This document shows, piece by piece, positions 17,683-31,331 of a stretch of DNA of 64,000 bases. The DNA lies in the NCBI GenBank assembly GCA_045837725.1, contig JBEWZL010000011.1, positions 372,001 to 436,000 on the forward strand, given 5' to 3'. The notes under the pieces were generated by a model that saw only the letters and a program-made list of their open reading frames with translations, made no database searches and was not told the DNA's origin. The translations under genes were made by a program, and so were the position numbers. This DNA comes from Vermamoeba vermiformis. Its lineage: Eukaryota. Numbering within the stretch: the first letter of the stretch is position 1; the number at the start of each line of letters is the position of its first letter.

Positions 17683-20600
17683 ATGGCACAACAAGGGTTT
17701 ATCGACATTAAGACTGGACAGTTATGTCCTTTAGTTTCTCTTCAAATCCGATCCGCCTTCATCGATCGTTTTGGTAATATTCTTGATAATATACAGCTGT
17801 ATAAATAACTTAGTAATTTTTTTTCCTTAGGTTCTATTGAGGTTGTCCAAGAATACGAAAACACAGGCAAAAATCCGATAGAAGCAGTATTCACGTTTCC
17901 AAAAGACGATCAAGCAGCAGTAACAGGATTCAAAGTGAAAATAAATGACAAAACGCTGATTGGTCAAATTGAAGCCAGCGATGAAGCACAAGAGAAATAC
18001 AGGTGATGCAATTGCTGAAGGCAAAGGTGCATATTTGCTCTCTCAAAAGCGATCAGATATCGTAACTCTTTATATTGGTAAGTTTTATCGTGGTAAATTA
18101 CGCAAATCTTGTCATCTTTTGGATGCTGTGCTACATCTGGTCCCGAAAATATTTTCTAAATCTTACACCAACTTTAAAACAAATTAACGTAGCTTAAATT
18201 GGGTATAACAATTTATTCATGATTTTTCTCCACATTTATTCGTCTCATCTAACAAAAATCGGATTCGGATCTGACTTAACTTTTATTTAGGCAGCCTTTT
18301 ACCGCAACAAAAGGTTCAAGTCGAAATAACCTGCGTTACAGAAGCTCAATGGGAAGGCAAAGCACTTAGAATAACATTCCCAACGACCATTGCACCCCGT
18401 TACACGCCTCAACAATTTCAACAAGACGAAGATCACCAGATCAACCCCGTTTATCATTCAAATGATAACCAATTGCCATATGACTTCATATTCGAATCTT
18501 CAGTGCAATTAACGCATGATACAATTTCATCATTTGAATCTCCTACGCATAAATTTTCGGAGATCGACATCTCAGCGGATCGAACCAAAGTCAGCGCGAA
18601 AGTGCAGGCAAAGAAAGGAGATATCATAGCTGATAGAGATATCGTTCTTATAGTTCATGCCGATAAGAGATCGTTGCAAAAAATGCCGATTATGATTAAC
18701 GAAGTAGATGCAGCCGGACACCACGCACTTTATCTCTCGTTCATTCCAAAAATAATTTGTAACAAAATTTCGAAGAAAAAAATGCACGAAATTATATTTG
18801 TTATCGACAGGTAAGAAATTCAACGGTAATTTTAATTTCAAAAATTTTAGATCCAAATTTAAATTTTAATAGGAGCGGAAGTATGGACGGTCAGCAAATG
18901 AATTGTGCGAAAGAAGCTTTGCAACTATTTCTTCGTTCATTGCCCGCGTGTTTCTTCGACATTGTCAGCTTTGGATCGAACTTTCAACAAATGTTCGGAT
19001 CTCCTGCGCAATATTCTAACGAGTCTTTGGCGCAAGCTACTGAACAAGTGAAGAAATTTCAAGCTGATTTGGGTATGCTACAAAATTTGAATTTTAAATA
19101 TAATTTACTAAACGTGAGAATAAGGTGGTACGGAGCTTTTGCGGCCTTTAAGCCAGATCTACCAACAATCACCAAAAGGTGGCAAAAGAATCATATTCGT
19201 ATTAACAGGTACGACATATTAAATCACTCATATTAGTATTAAATTAATTCTTTTCTTTAGATGGTCAGATCTCGAACACGCGTCAAGTGGTGGATCTCGT
19301 CAAAAAGAATTCGGCCACAACTTCAGTATTCACGCTGGGAATAGGCGATTCTGTTAGTAGAGACCTAGTTAATGGCATGGCTCAGGCTGGCAATGGATAC
19401 GCTGAATATGCAACGGGCAACGAGCGACTTCAACCTAAGATCATTCGACAGGTAAAATGTCATTTTATGACACTTTGACACTTTGACACGTGTCAAGTTG
19501 AAGTTTCTTAGGTCACGTTTTACAACCTTAGTACTACATTTAAATCGATGATAGATTATTTTGAATGCTAGAAATGACTAACCTATGAAATGACAGTTGA
19601 GGCGTGCCCTTGAAAACTTCTCCGTTGAGATTGATTGGCATTCACGAACGGTAGAACAATTCCCAGAACATATTTCTCCGATCTCTGACGAAGATCCGTT
19701 GCACGTGATGGCATTTGTTGACGACTCGTACCTTCGAAGGTAAAATTTAATCCCTTCTAAATGAGTTCCAGGTATTAATTCTTTTTTATTCTTAAAGCAA
19801 CAAGAAGATTATGATTAAAATCAGTTGCGATGATAATAATGAATATTCGATCCCGTTTGATCTAGCTCAAATGAAGACAGTCCGCGGCAACAGAATTCAC
19901 CAATTATTTGCTAAGAAAAAGGCTGATACAATGAGTTCCGATGCAACCAACAATAAGAATCAAATTCGCAATCTGCAAATATTGTGCAAAAAATACACCG
20001 TGCTGTCAAACGTCACAAGTTTCGTACTAGTCGAACAACGAAAAATTGCTACAACGACCACGCCAGAGCTCGTAAATATTCCGCTTGCCAGACCTAAGCC
20101 TGCGCCGTTGACAGCTCAAACAATAGTGACCAATGGCACCGTGTCACTTGGCGGAAAATTCTCAATGAATTACAAAGCGACAATTGGCGCAGATTTTGCT
20201 ACGTGCAGAATAGTATTGGCTGATAGAGAAGTGAGGGTGCAACTATGGGATCCATGTAAGTATCATTCGTTCATGAACCAAATTTTCACTGAACTGACTT
20301 CGAAATTTTTTCACAGCCGGATCTGAACGATTTGGTGGACCGTCGAGAATATTTTATAGTGGTACATCTGCAGCTGTTATTATGTACGATGTGCATTCTC
20401 GACCTTCATTTGACAACGTGAAAGATTGGATTGACAAATTGACCGTGCAAGCTGGATCCGACATTCCGATGGTTTTAGCGGGCAATAAGATTGATAAAGA
20501 TGGTCAAAAAGTTTCAACGGGAGAAGGCCAAAAATTAGCAGATTCATTGGGCATTGCTTTCTTCGAAATTTCCGTGAAAGATACCACGAACATGGGTGAC

Positions 20601-21335
20601 TTGGTGAAACTGCTCTTCGCTACTATGATATTGAACGACCCTAATAATACTGTGCTTAAAGGTAGGCCGACACCTATAATAATAGTTAATAGATCTAAAG
20701 GGGTTTTAGTTATTATTCTCGGAGATTCAGCCGTCGGAAAAACCAGTTTCAACACGAGACTTGCCGGATCCACCATCAACTTGAGCGACATCGACACGCG
20801 AAACTTAATAGGCTCTCAAAGTACTACTCAAGATACTCAAGCCCAGGATAATAATGGCTCGTTACTTGGAAAAGTATGGCAAGGCTTCAAAAGCGTGGTT
20901 GGTTATTTCAGCGGATCCAGATCTACAAATGACGCGTCAATTGCGACTACGAATACGAATAATACAAGCAATAATACAAACACCGTGCTTGTGCAAAAGC
21001 CACAAAAAGTCATGGTGCAGTTGCCGCCCAAGCAAAAAAAAGTCGATTTGAATGCTATTATTTTGGCGCAAAACGCTGAAGGCGCTTGGAACATCAACGC
21101 AGCCGAATCAGTTCAGCTTTTTGGATCGGATCTGACAACTCAAGCACCGCAAGGAGTCAAACAAGATATTTGGACGACGATAGTTTGCATCGCTTATTTG
21201 ACGGTCAAATGTAGCCAGCACAAGTCAGAATGGGAATTGATCGTTCAGAAGGCTGAAAATTGGTTGAAAACTGTTGGTGCAAACAAATCTGAATGGAATC
21301 AACGTGCAAGACAGTTGATACAACAAACTGTTTGA
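17683..21335 (+). CDS. VIT + vWA protein with circularly permuted Rab-like GTPase, paralog 2; apparent +1 frameshift near 18002
   Basis: Same architecture as 10949-14498: ATIGADF, WDPS/GSE, NKID, EISVK, LK/VIILGDSAVGKT. AAATACAGGTGA versus paralog AAATACAGTGA puts TGA in frame (real lesion or sequencing indel). Confidence 0.85.
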
Positions 21336-21421
21336 AAGTAAACGTGCAGTACGTTGATTTTCCCAAATAAGGCAATTTTATCGACCACTTCGCCACGTGA
21401 CATTTTTCTCGGTCGTTGATC

Positions 21422-21504
21422 GCATCGGTGCCCGAGTTGGTCTAAGGGGTTGGATTAAGGCTCCAATATCTTCGGATGCAAGGGTTCGAATCCCTTCCGA
21501 TGCA
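21422..21504 (+). tRNA. tRNA-Leu (anticodon AAG), identical to 14585-14667
   Basis: Identical cloverleaf sequence followed by TTTTT. Confidence 0.95.
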
Positions 21505-22002
21505 ATACCTTTTTGCGTACTAGATCGAAGGTACGTGGCCTATTAATGTTACGTAAATCCAGCGAATCAAACCAAGAAAACTGATTTTAAAATATTACTC
21601 ATGCATAAAATAATATTTAATATTTCTTGTTGGTTGAAGCAAAACGCGATAGAAAAACGTTAGCCTTAGTTTTTTTTTAAAATTGCTGCAAAATTATTGG
21701 CTGCCTATTTTTAAAATGGACCAATGAGATTTTACCGGCCCTATATAGATATGCCCCTAGCGACCGCTAAAAGATTCAATAACTGATACTAAGCCGAGTT
21801 CAACGAGTTTGAGACGTCGATCGATTCCCTTACTCCCTTTCCATTTTTGGAGTGAACCCTGTTACTCTATTGGTCCGCATTATTTTAAGAGCGGCCAATT
21901 ATATCATTAGGCACCTCCCGATTGGCCAAGAAAAAAATCGATTTAACCTTAAAACGTTTTTGGATCTTGTTCATTGATAAGCACTGAAGACAATCTTAAA
22001 AC

Positions 22003-23193
22003 ATGAGATCGCTCATTGTTATCGCAGCTATTCTCTGCGTCGTTGGCACCGTCTTCTGCCAAACCCCGCCAAAGCTTCCTCAACAGTTCTACACCAACTT
22101 CACGCGTAAGTTTAAAAATATACTAATAAAATTGTTAAAATTAATAATAGAGAAATTATCTGTCGCAGGTTATCCTTAATTATGCGTCCGCAATAATTTG
22201 CGTTGCTTAACGATCGGAGAGGATTAAGATCGAGAGTATTAATTTTAATGAATTTTGTGCCAGTTCGTTTTCCTAGCTATTCTTCACCGACTGATTCTCC
22301 CGTCTATATCGCGGGATTCTTTGCTTTGGATTATGTTAACGGTGGCGCTTTCTTGGACGTCGGTGGCGAGGATTGTAAGTGCGGATCTGATGCGGATCGC
22401 GCTGCAGACTAACGCTCTCGCCTATTTAGATATTCCTTTGTCTTTCCACACCAATCTCGTTGCTTCTCCTGATGCCAGCCAAGGCACCACCACTGGTACG
22501 AGCCATAATTTAACTTACGAAACTTAATTAATCCTTTTCGTTTCAAAGGTTACATGTACGAAGGTCCTTTGTGCTGGAATTTTGGTAAGTCATATAAAAC
22601 CATATTGTACGATCGTTTGTGATTAATTGAAATTCTGCCAATGTTAGTAATTTTGCGATTAATGAACTAATGCGAACACGTACCTTTTAGGCTCTGTCCC
22701 TGTCTCCATCTCGAGTTTCTTCCCCTTTGAATTGCCTTCCAATGCTTCATTCGTCGGCAACAAGGTCGTCGGGGGTCAGCCTTGCAGTGGCTGGGAATTG
22801 GAAGGTAAGAAAATGACGCGGATCTGCCCGTGTGACACGAGTTTTGAAATCGTCAAAAAAAAGCATCCAATCATCTTATTAATTCTTGTAAAAGCTGCTG
22901 CTATCTTCGGCTACGTTACTCCCATCACCGTTTGGATCTCTACTAAGACCTCTAATATTGTCCAAATTGACGTTGAGGGTATCGATTACGTGGGCGAACT
23001 CCAAATCAATTTCTCCAACACCGTTTCTGGTCCCTTCTCTCCTTCCATCTACGTAAGATAATATTCTCCTACATTTTTATATTGAAGTACTAACGCTGCT
23101 GTTATTTAGGCTCCTCCCAACAAGGTGAATCCACAGTTGACCTGCACCAACGCTTTTGTCAGCGACTTTTTGTCTCTTCTGTTGCGCAGATAA
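22003..23193 (+). CDS. Secreted ependymin-related protein, copy B
   Basis: Paralog of copy A with the same exon structure: MRSLIVIAAILCVVGTVFC...PCSGWE...CTNAFVSDFLSLLLRR*. Confidence 0.6.
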
Positions 23194-23309
23194 GCTCTTA
23201 AAATAGTTACGTGTACAATTAGACCATAAATATACTGAGGCTAACTCTTGATTTCGTGGCGGTAACGTTTGACGCCCGATACGCTATATTTTTTGACGTG
23301 ATTTACTTT

Positions 23310-23451
23310 GCCTTTTTTGGCAGGTGTGTTTTGAACACTGGTGATATGGTCCAAGGAATTATAAACGACTAAGTATATCCTTTTTAGCATTATATCTCAA
23401 TTGTAGCTTTCTCGAAGTTGCGGATCGTCTGCATCCGAACGTTAAAGCCTG
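23310..23451 (-). pseudogene. Degenerate fragment of the SLC45-like transporter gene
   Basis: CCTTTTTTGGCAGGTGTGTT...GATATGGTCCAAGGAAT...TTAGCATTATA...GGATCG..TCTGCATCCG matches 25461-25594; GTTAAAGCCTG matches about 25708. Confidence 0.7.
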
Positions 23452-23774
23452 TTGATTCGATCTCCTTTTAAAATTAATGCGAAGGAGATTCAAGAGATGA
23501 AAGTGTATCTTGCGTTAATTGCGTTGATGACAGAATATGAAGGGAGCACAATTTGAAAGACCAGCAGGGGATCGGTACAATATAATTTATAGTCTTGGCT
23601 CCTTTTCAATTGTATTCCATAACAATTTTTCTATTAATTTTTTAGAAGGACTTCGCATAAAGGGCGTTAATTAATACGAAGGAAAGTTCCTGAGAAGAGT
23701 ATGGCTACAACCACAAAAATCTGATTTTATTCTGATTTTATTGTTTATTAATACGCTGAACCACAAGCTTAAAC

Positions 23775-24939
23775 ATGAGATCGATTATCGTTATCGCTGC
23801 TATTCTCTGCGTCGTTGGCACTGCCCTCTGCCAAACCCCGCCAACGCTTCCTCAACAGTTCTACACCAACTACACGCGTAAGCTAAGCAATAATAATCAT
23901 AACAAATTGTGTTCAATATGGCCACGCGCAATACGCTTTCTAAACAATGAGACATTGTTTCCAGATCGAGTATTAATTTTTACGAATTTTGTACCAGTTG
24001 TTTTGCCTAGCTACGTTTCACCGACTACTGCTCCCGTCTATATCTCGGGCTTCTTTGCTTTGGATTACATCAACGCTGGCTCTTTCTTAGAAGTTGGTGG
24101 TGAAGAGTGTAAGTTGCAGAATCTGATCTAAATCTGATCGAGCTGCCGACTAACGTTCTCGCCATTTTAGATATTCCGTTGTCGTTCCACACTACTTTCG
24201 TTGCTTCTCCGGATGCTAGCCAAGGCACCATCACTGGTACGAACCTAACCTAACTAATGAAACTTTAATTAATCCTTACTGGTTTCAAGGTTACATGTAC
24301 GAAGGTCCTTTGTGCTGGAACTGGGGTAGGTTATATTAAACCATCGTATACGATTAATTTGTGATACATTGGAAATTACGGCGAACCAGCCCAATGCCAT
24401 TAATTTAGCGGTTTTTGCGGTTCATGAACTAATGCGAACACGTACCTTTTAGGCTCTGTTCCTGCCTCCCTTTTGACATTTTTCCCCTTCCAATTGCCTG
24501 TTAATTCTTCATTCGTCGGCAGCAAGGTCGTCGCAGGTCAACCTTGCACTGGATGGGCGTTCGAAGGTAAGAAAGTGACGCAGATCTGACAGTCCGACGC
24601 GAATGTTGAAATGTAGAAAAGCCCTAATAATTCTTGTAAATAGCTGCTGTCTTCGGATACACTGCCCCTGTCACCATTTGGGTCTCTACTAAGACCACTA
24701 ATATCGTCCAAATTGACGTCAAGGCTGTTGAATACTTGGGAGAACTCCAACTCAACTTCTTCAACACCGTTTCTGGTCCCTTCTCTCCTTCCATCTACGT
24801 AAGATAATAATCGCCTACATTTTTATATCGAAATACTAACGTTACTGTTGTTAAGGCTCCTCCCAACAAGGTGAATCCACAGTTGACCTGCACCACCAAC
24901 TTCTTCGGCGGCTTTTTGTCCCTTCTTTTGCGCAAATAA
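23775..24939 (+). CDS. Secreted ependymin-related protein, copy C
   Basis: Paralog of copies A and B with the same introns; ends CTTNFFGGFLSLLLRK*. Confidence 0.6.
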
Positions 24940-25135
24940 GCTCTGAATATAGTTGCAATTACTGGTAGACTCATAAATATACTTAGCTCTTAATTCGACG
25001 TTTTACTGGTTAACTAGATCCGATCGTTACGACTTGAAACATCGCTAAATGTTCGCTAAATAATAATATCTACATTATTTCATATATAATTGCTCTCGGC
25101 ATATTATTTAGTATTATTACAATTATAAGTTTGCG

Positions 25136-27442
25136 TTAGTTGATGTAATCGCCGTCCAAAAATCTTGCCGCCTCTTCATCTGGATCCACGAGCTCACTCG
25201 GATCGTCATCAACGCTAATAGGCTTATCATAATCATTGCGAATAAGCACTAATATTAATACAGCGCCAATAGCGGTAATTATTCCGCCAAACAAAAACAC
25301 CCATTCAAAACTATTGAACAGTTTTAAGATGAGCGATGACGTGCCTGAATTAATTAGCTGGGCAAAGTACATCGCTAGTGTGCTCGTTGCCAAATATAGT
25401 CCTAATTACCATATTTAGTAATTCTAAGTCGACCTTCAGTTTGATCGTAAAGATGCTTTACCTTTTTTGGCAGGTGTGTTCTGAACGCAAACTGCTGATA
25501 TGGTCCAAGGAATAATAAATAACTATATATATCCATATTAGCATTATAAATCAATATTAGCTCTCCTGAAGTAACGGATCGGCATCTGCATCCGTGACGA
25601 AAATTTTCGATTTATGACGAATACTTACCGAAATAATATTGATGCTCATTAACGCGTTAATGATCAAAGCGACGGGGAAAGAGTTCACAAAGAGCGTAGC
25701 AAAGAATGTTAAAGCCTGTAAAAGACATCGAGATCAGATCCACATCAAAAACTTGCAACAATGATCGATAGACTTACGAATGATAGCTGAGCGAAGAAAT
25801 AGACAGGTTTAACGCCGATCTTGTTGAGCATAATAATCAATAATGGTGCGTAAACGAACGAAACGAGACTTCCAACAGCGGATCCGGTTGCAGCCAACAT
25901 AACTCCATTCTAAATATAAAACAGCATTAGATTACGATAAAACAATACTATATAGTCTATATTATTGCTTACGTTATATTTGTCGTGAGCTTCAGATCCG
26001 TTAGGCGCGGATGGATCTCCTCCAGCAATATAAATGCCGTACCAAGTCGATGAATAGAAAGTCCAAGTCGAATATCCGAAATATCCGAATAATTTTACGA
26101 TAAAATTCCTTTTCATGCGTCGCGGTAAGTTAGGTAACGCGAATACGACTTCCTAAAAAGGAAATATTTTGTAAGGCATTTTTCTATATTGAAATTAACG
26201 ATAGAATAGTAATTCCGTATTAATAATACTATGATATGACGGTACTATAGCTCTATAGTCGTATTAATTCATTACCTTAATGCTGCCCCAAAATGAAATT
26301 TTCTTCGAAACGATATTGTTCGTAGGCGGCTCTTTGACGAATATAATACACAATAACGAGCAAATAATAAGCAGAAACGATCCTAATGTCACCATTGCAC
26401 GAAGTTCGTTGCCCATAAAAGGCAATACCATCATAATACTGAACGATACGTGCGGTATTTTGCCTGCAAGCAGTCCCGATAAAACTCCTCCGAGACTAGC
26501 AAAGCCTAATGATATAATGTCAGATATTATATATAGATATAATACTAGCACTTACTTGCGATAAATCCATTGCCTGATTTTTGTTGTTGCGACGAAGCTC
26601 GATCCGCTAACAAAGCAATAATTGCAGGCTGAAAGACGCTCAAAGCGAAATCGAGGATCCAAAAGCTCGTTATAGCTAATGTTAAGGCAATAGCAGTCGA
26701 ATCTTCAGTATCTAAATCAAATTTTTAAGTTCGTGTAGCGGATTTGGATCTATTTTCAGCGCACCTCCCAGCAACGTTCCAAAATAATCGGAAAAGGCGA
26801 AACATTCGAAAAATATGACAGTAGATATCGTGCCTAGCACAATGAACGGTTTTCTTTTGCCCCATCTGTTACGCATGTGTCAGATTTTGTTGCGGAAATT
26901 TAGCATAGAAATTTCCTTATTTGGATTTTACTTACCGACTACGCCAATTATCGCTTACAGTTCCAATCAATGGCTGCGTTAGTATTCCTGATACTGGCCT
27001 ACATTATTGCGTTAATTCGATGCTCACAATTTTACGAAGATAACAGAAAAAACGGATCTATTATTTCTCCGTTAATGCTTTGCTAAGCTAAGAAATTGAT
27101 ATTATTTAATAAATATGGAATATAACAAGGTCATGTTATTGCGTCGTGATATTGCCGAGAAATGAGAAAAAAATTTTGCTCGATCTACACATACCCAGCG
27201 AGCCAGATCCAAGGCACGATCCAATTTTCTAATCCCAAATTAAGTAATGTAGGTGTTGTAAATATCGATTGAATAGCGCGAACAAAAGCCCAGGCAAAGA
27301 TCGGCAATGTTATCAAGAAGAGTTCTTTTTTGCTAGCCACTTGTTCTTGGCCCGAAGAATATCGATCAAATTTTAAGAGATTATCTTCATATAAATCTGA
27401 ATTAATATGTTCTGTATCAAACGCGTAGCTCTTCTGGCTCAT
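25136..27442 (-). CDS. MFS sugar transporter, SLC45/SUC (sucrose-proton symporter-like) family
   Basis: TPTLLNLGL...WIWLAG/PVSGILTQPLIGTVSD...RWGKRKPFI, FWILDFALSVFQPAIIALLAD and many hydrophobic exons. Confidence 0.85.
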
Positions 27443-28133
27443 GACGATCGAGATGTCCTTTCGTCAACCTAGATCTTCTGTTAGAAATTCGTTGTAGTAG
27501 TCTCCTGATGCAGACTAATAATAAATAGTTGTTCTATCCTGCAATTCTATTATTTGTGCCAGCCGCAGTGAATTTGATAATTTCAATTGACTTTTCATTC
27601 GCAATTGTTGCAGCGTACAAAAGTAAATACGAACTATTTGCATTTTGTATCACGATTACCAGTTAACAATGCAAAATATGCACACTTGCTCAGGACTTGT
27701 CCACCATCAAGAAAAGTGACGGATTCACGCGGAACGTTTCCATCTTACAGCTTCCTTCAAACACTTCAAAAAAATATTTGTCAGTAAGTAAAATATAAGT
27801 ATGCAAGCGTGCAGTATTATTGGGAAAATAACGTGTTGCTGAACAAATCCAGTTGGAAAAAAATTAACTTAAATTTAATTGGTTGTGTATCATCTCATTA
27901 CTTACCGCATAATATTTTAAAGCCACCAATACGCTATATTTAATAGTATGCAATTTAGTTTTAGTTTTAATTGTTAGTTTTAACGATTTTGTTGTGCCCG
28001 GTCAACTCACCCCTTTTTAAACGGTCTTTAGACCTTTAAACAAGCAATTAAGGTGCATTATAATCGTGCAATTTATGCTGTGTTGTTGAGCGTTCAGCAT
28101 TGTTTTCATTTTAAATTAATGTTTTGTTATCAG

Positions 28134-29584
28134 ATGAAGAGAACACGCGAAGAGAACGACAATGAAGAGCAACCACAAACTAAAAAAGCGAAAATAGATT
28201 GTAATTATAATATTGATGGAGAAGATGATGGTCGTGGTGTGTTTGATATCTCAGAATTAGTGGAACATATCGTCAAACATTTGATCTGTTCTCCCAAAAC
28301 AATTCGCAATTTGTTGATCACGTGCAAAAGGTAATCGATAATATTTGAAACAATATTATACGAATTAATTCAATTATTAAAAAAATTGACATTAGTTTGT
28401 GACAGATTCGTTTTTGACTCAAAAAAAAAACTGACCGTTTATCGCAGAATCCGTCGCATTGTCCTCAAACCATATCTATGGCAACAATTAGGCTTTAATA
28501 TGCTGCATATTAACCCGTCTGACCAAACGATGGACCCAAAGATCTTCAACCATTTTCTTGTGAGCTTGGAGATCGCTAGAATCAACAGAAAAACGTTCGA
28601 AATGCAACAAAGAATTAACAAATTGACGAAACATAACGAGACAACGTTGCCTACCGAGTACAAGCTGTAAGTCCAATGTATTTCAGTTTTTTTTCTCCGT
28701 TAGTACTAACGGTTATCAGATCACTAACTACGTCCCCAAACAAAGAATATGCATCGCGTATATTCAGCGAAGATTTTGTCACCAACAGACGATTAACTCG
28801 CGAAGCCCTGGACGCGTTAATTACGCTCAAAAGTTTGTTGCATTTTTCCAGCGATGTCTTATCAATATACGATATCGTTAGATTCATTGAGTTATCCAAA
28901 GACGAGTGCCAACGATTACGTACGTAATAATAATGCCCAAAATTCTAGGAATTTTTTCCGATCCACCGTGCATTTTTTATTTCTTATTTAATAATATCCT
29001 TATATTATCGCTAATATTTACTTATTAGAGGGAAGTAAGATATTAGCAGCTAAATCCATCGAGCCAAGTGCACTAGACATCGCATTCGAATATTTTCGGC
29101 CAGTACGTCGTTTTATTTGTCCTATAAATGCGGAATACTTGTAAGAATAGAATTCTCTCTATAAGATTGAAATCGAGGTTTTAACTTTCATATGAATTAG
29201 AGAAGATACACATAGCGAAGACGAAGAATTTGAATTGTTCTTCGGGGCGGCTACACTCGGAGACGAATTTAACTACGATTTTTCAGTATTAAAAATATTC
29301 ATTGATGGCAGCAGATCTATTCTGGTAATTAAATATGAAAACGAATGCATCACCTGTTCCATGGCGATAGTTGTAAGTAGTCGGAATTTGAATTCAAATT
29401 TAATAATGCTTATTTGTTCTTAAATTAGCACAACATTGAAAGCAATCTTATTGAGGATTGCGGTGATATAAATCAGTTGAAAGAAAAATATCCGAATTTG
29501 AGAAAACATCAACATTTTCGTGGCTCTTGGGATCCGACTCCAACTATCCATTTCTGTAACATTCCGTTTCTACAATTGCAATAA
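28134..29584 (+). CDS. F-box-like protein with N-terminal basic NLS-like motif, multi-exon
   Basis: MKRTREEND...PQTKKAK, then VFDISELVEHIVKHL..PKTIRNLLITCKR/..LWQQL. Last exon ends FCNIPFLQLQ*. Confidence 0.6.
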
Positions 29585-29871
29585 ATTTTATGTAGAATAA
29601 CCGTATAAATATAAACGGTAAGTTGTGTTTATTGATAAGAGTAAAAGCGTACAAAAAATAACGATACAAAGTGTTTTTATCTCGCGAGATCATCGCGAGA
29701 TTTTAGGCGATATGTCGCCTAGCGCGAACTCTTTTCGCGTGGTGTTACATTTTACTTCATAAATATCGCATGATTAAGTGTATTGAAGTCGCACAATAAA
29801 ATTATTAATTTCAAAAAAAAACTAGTATTATTAAGAAAACAAGCGCATTATGAAACCAACCATTTCATTTG

Positions 29872-31331
29872 TTATTGATAAAATCGAACATTACAAGTAA
29901 TTTTTAGTCCACTGCCGTTGAACCAGCGAAGACCAAAGTCAATGTCGTGTAAGTAGTACCGAAAACTATGCTGCAGATCCAAAGGAAGTGCCACTATTTG
30001 AAGCAAATTATCCAAATCGCTATAATTGGCTTCGGAATATTCTCCATGCTCCTCTATTAAATTCTCGGCGCTATTAAACTGAACGAAAATAATTAATCGT
30101 CGATCACCATAAATTTTTCCGTGATTACCTTAATATAATACGAGCAACTCTCGCCTAAATCAATATCCTGCATAAATATAAACACTACTGATCGATTTTC
30201 ATCAAGGAATGTCTTGAACACTTTGATTTCGACTGAATCATCTTGTGCATGTAGTAACTTGAAGAATTTAGGGAAGCTATTTATAAATTAAGCTTTAATA
30301 GATTAGGATGAATTATGACCGTACGGTTTATCCCATCCGTTTTGCCCATTGCTGAATCCGGATCTGTTTTTTGGATAGTATACCAGCGCAATTGGTAGAA
30401 AATTCGAGCGAGCCCTGAGTACGTGCGATCCCTCTATAATATTATTAACATTAAATTTAAGTTAATGAATTTAAAGAGCGGATCTTTACGTCGATAAAAC
30501 GTTTACCTAACCGAGTCAGTTCATCTCGTGATACCTCCATAAACATAATAATATCATCAATTGATAGGAGGTTCATTGAACTCGCCAACTGATATTTGAA
30601 GGTCAACAAAATTTCAACAGCTTCTTTGGTAAGTCGTCTGTTCGTTACAAAGTCTTCGCTCGGAATGGTAAAAGGCGACCATATATGCGATGTTTTGCGC
30701 TTAAATCGTTCTATAATACTATTATAGTAGCATCGTTAGTTCGGGGTATCGTTCTGGAATCAAAGAAGATCTGATGGGTTGCACTTACGGCGAATATTCA
30801 ACAGGGGTCAGATTTTCGGACTCAACTGACAGTACATTCATTATTTGCTGCATGTTAAGTAATTTTCGCTTCATTTTGACAATTTGTAAGCTCGAGAGAA
30901 AATGCGAAAATATGTTCGGGGCAACTGTTGGGCTAGAAGCATCGATGTGAAGCGCATTAAAGCCTAATTTTTGCCATAATGATGCATTTAAAATATATTG
31001 ACGAGTCCTGAAAGAAAATATGTTAATGTTACCAAAAAAATGTGACATCCAAAACAAATCTGTCAAAACGAAAGAAGTGCCAAAAATAAAATTGAATTAA
31101 TTCGTATAATATTGTTTCAAATATTATCGATTACCTTTTGCAGGTGATCAACAAGTTGCGAATTGTTTTTGGAGAACCAAGCAAATATTTGACGATATTT
31201 TCCACTAATTCTGAGATATCAAACACACCATGACCATCATCTTCTCCATCAATATTATAATTACAATCTATTTTCGCTTTTTTAGTTTGTGGTTGCTCTT
31301 CATTGTCGTTCTCTTCGCGTGTTCTCTTCAT
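29872..31331 (-). CDS. F-box-like protein, convergent paralog of 28134-29584
   Basis: Near-identical first coding exon; homologous later exons (LWQKLGFNALHID; SEDFVTNRRLTKEA); ends ITCNVRFYQ*. Confidence 0.6.
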
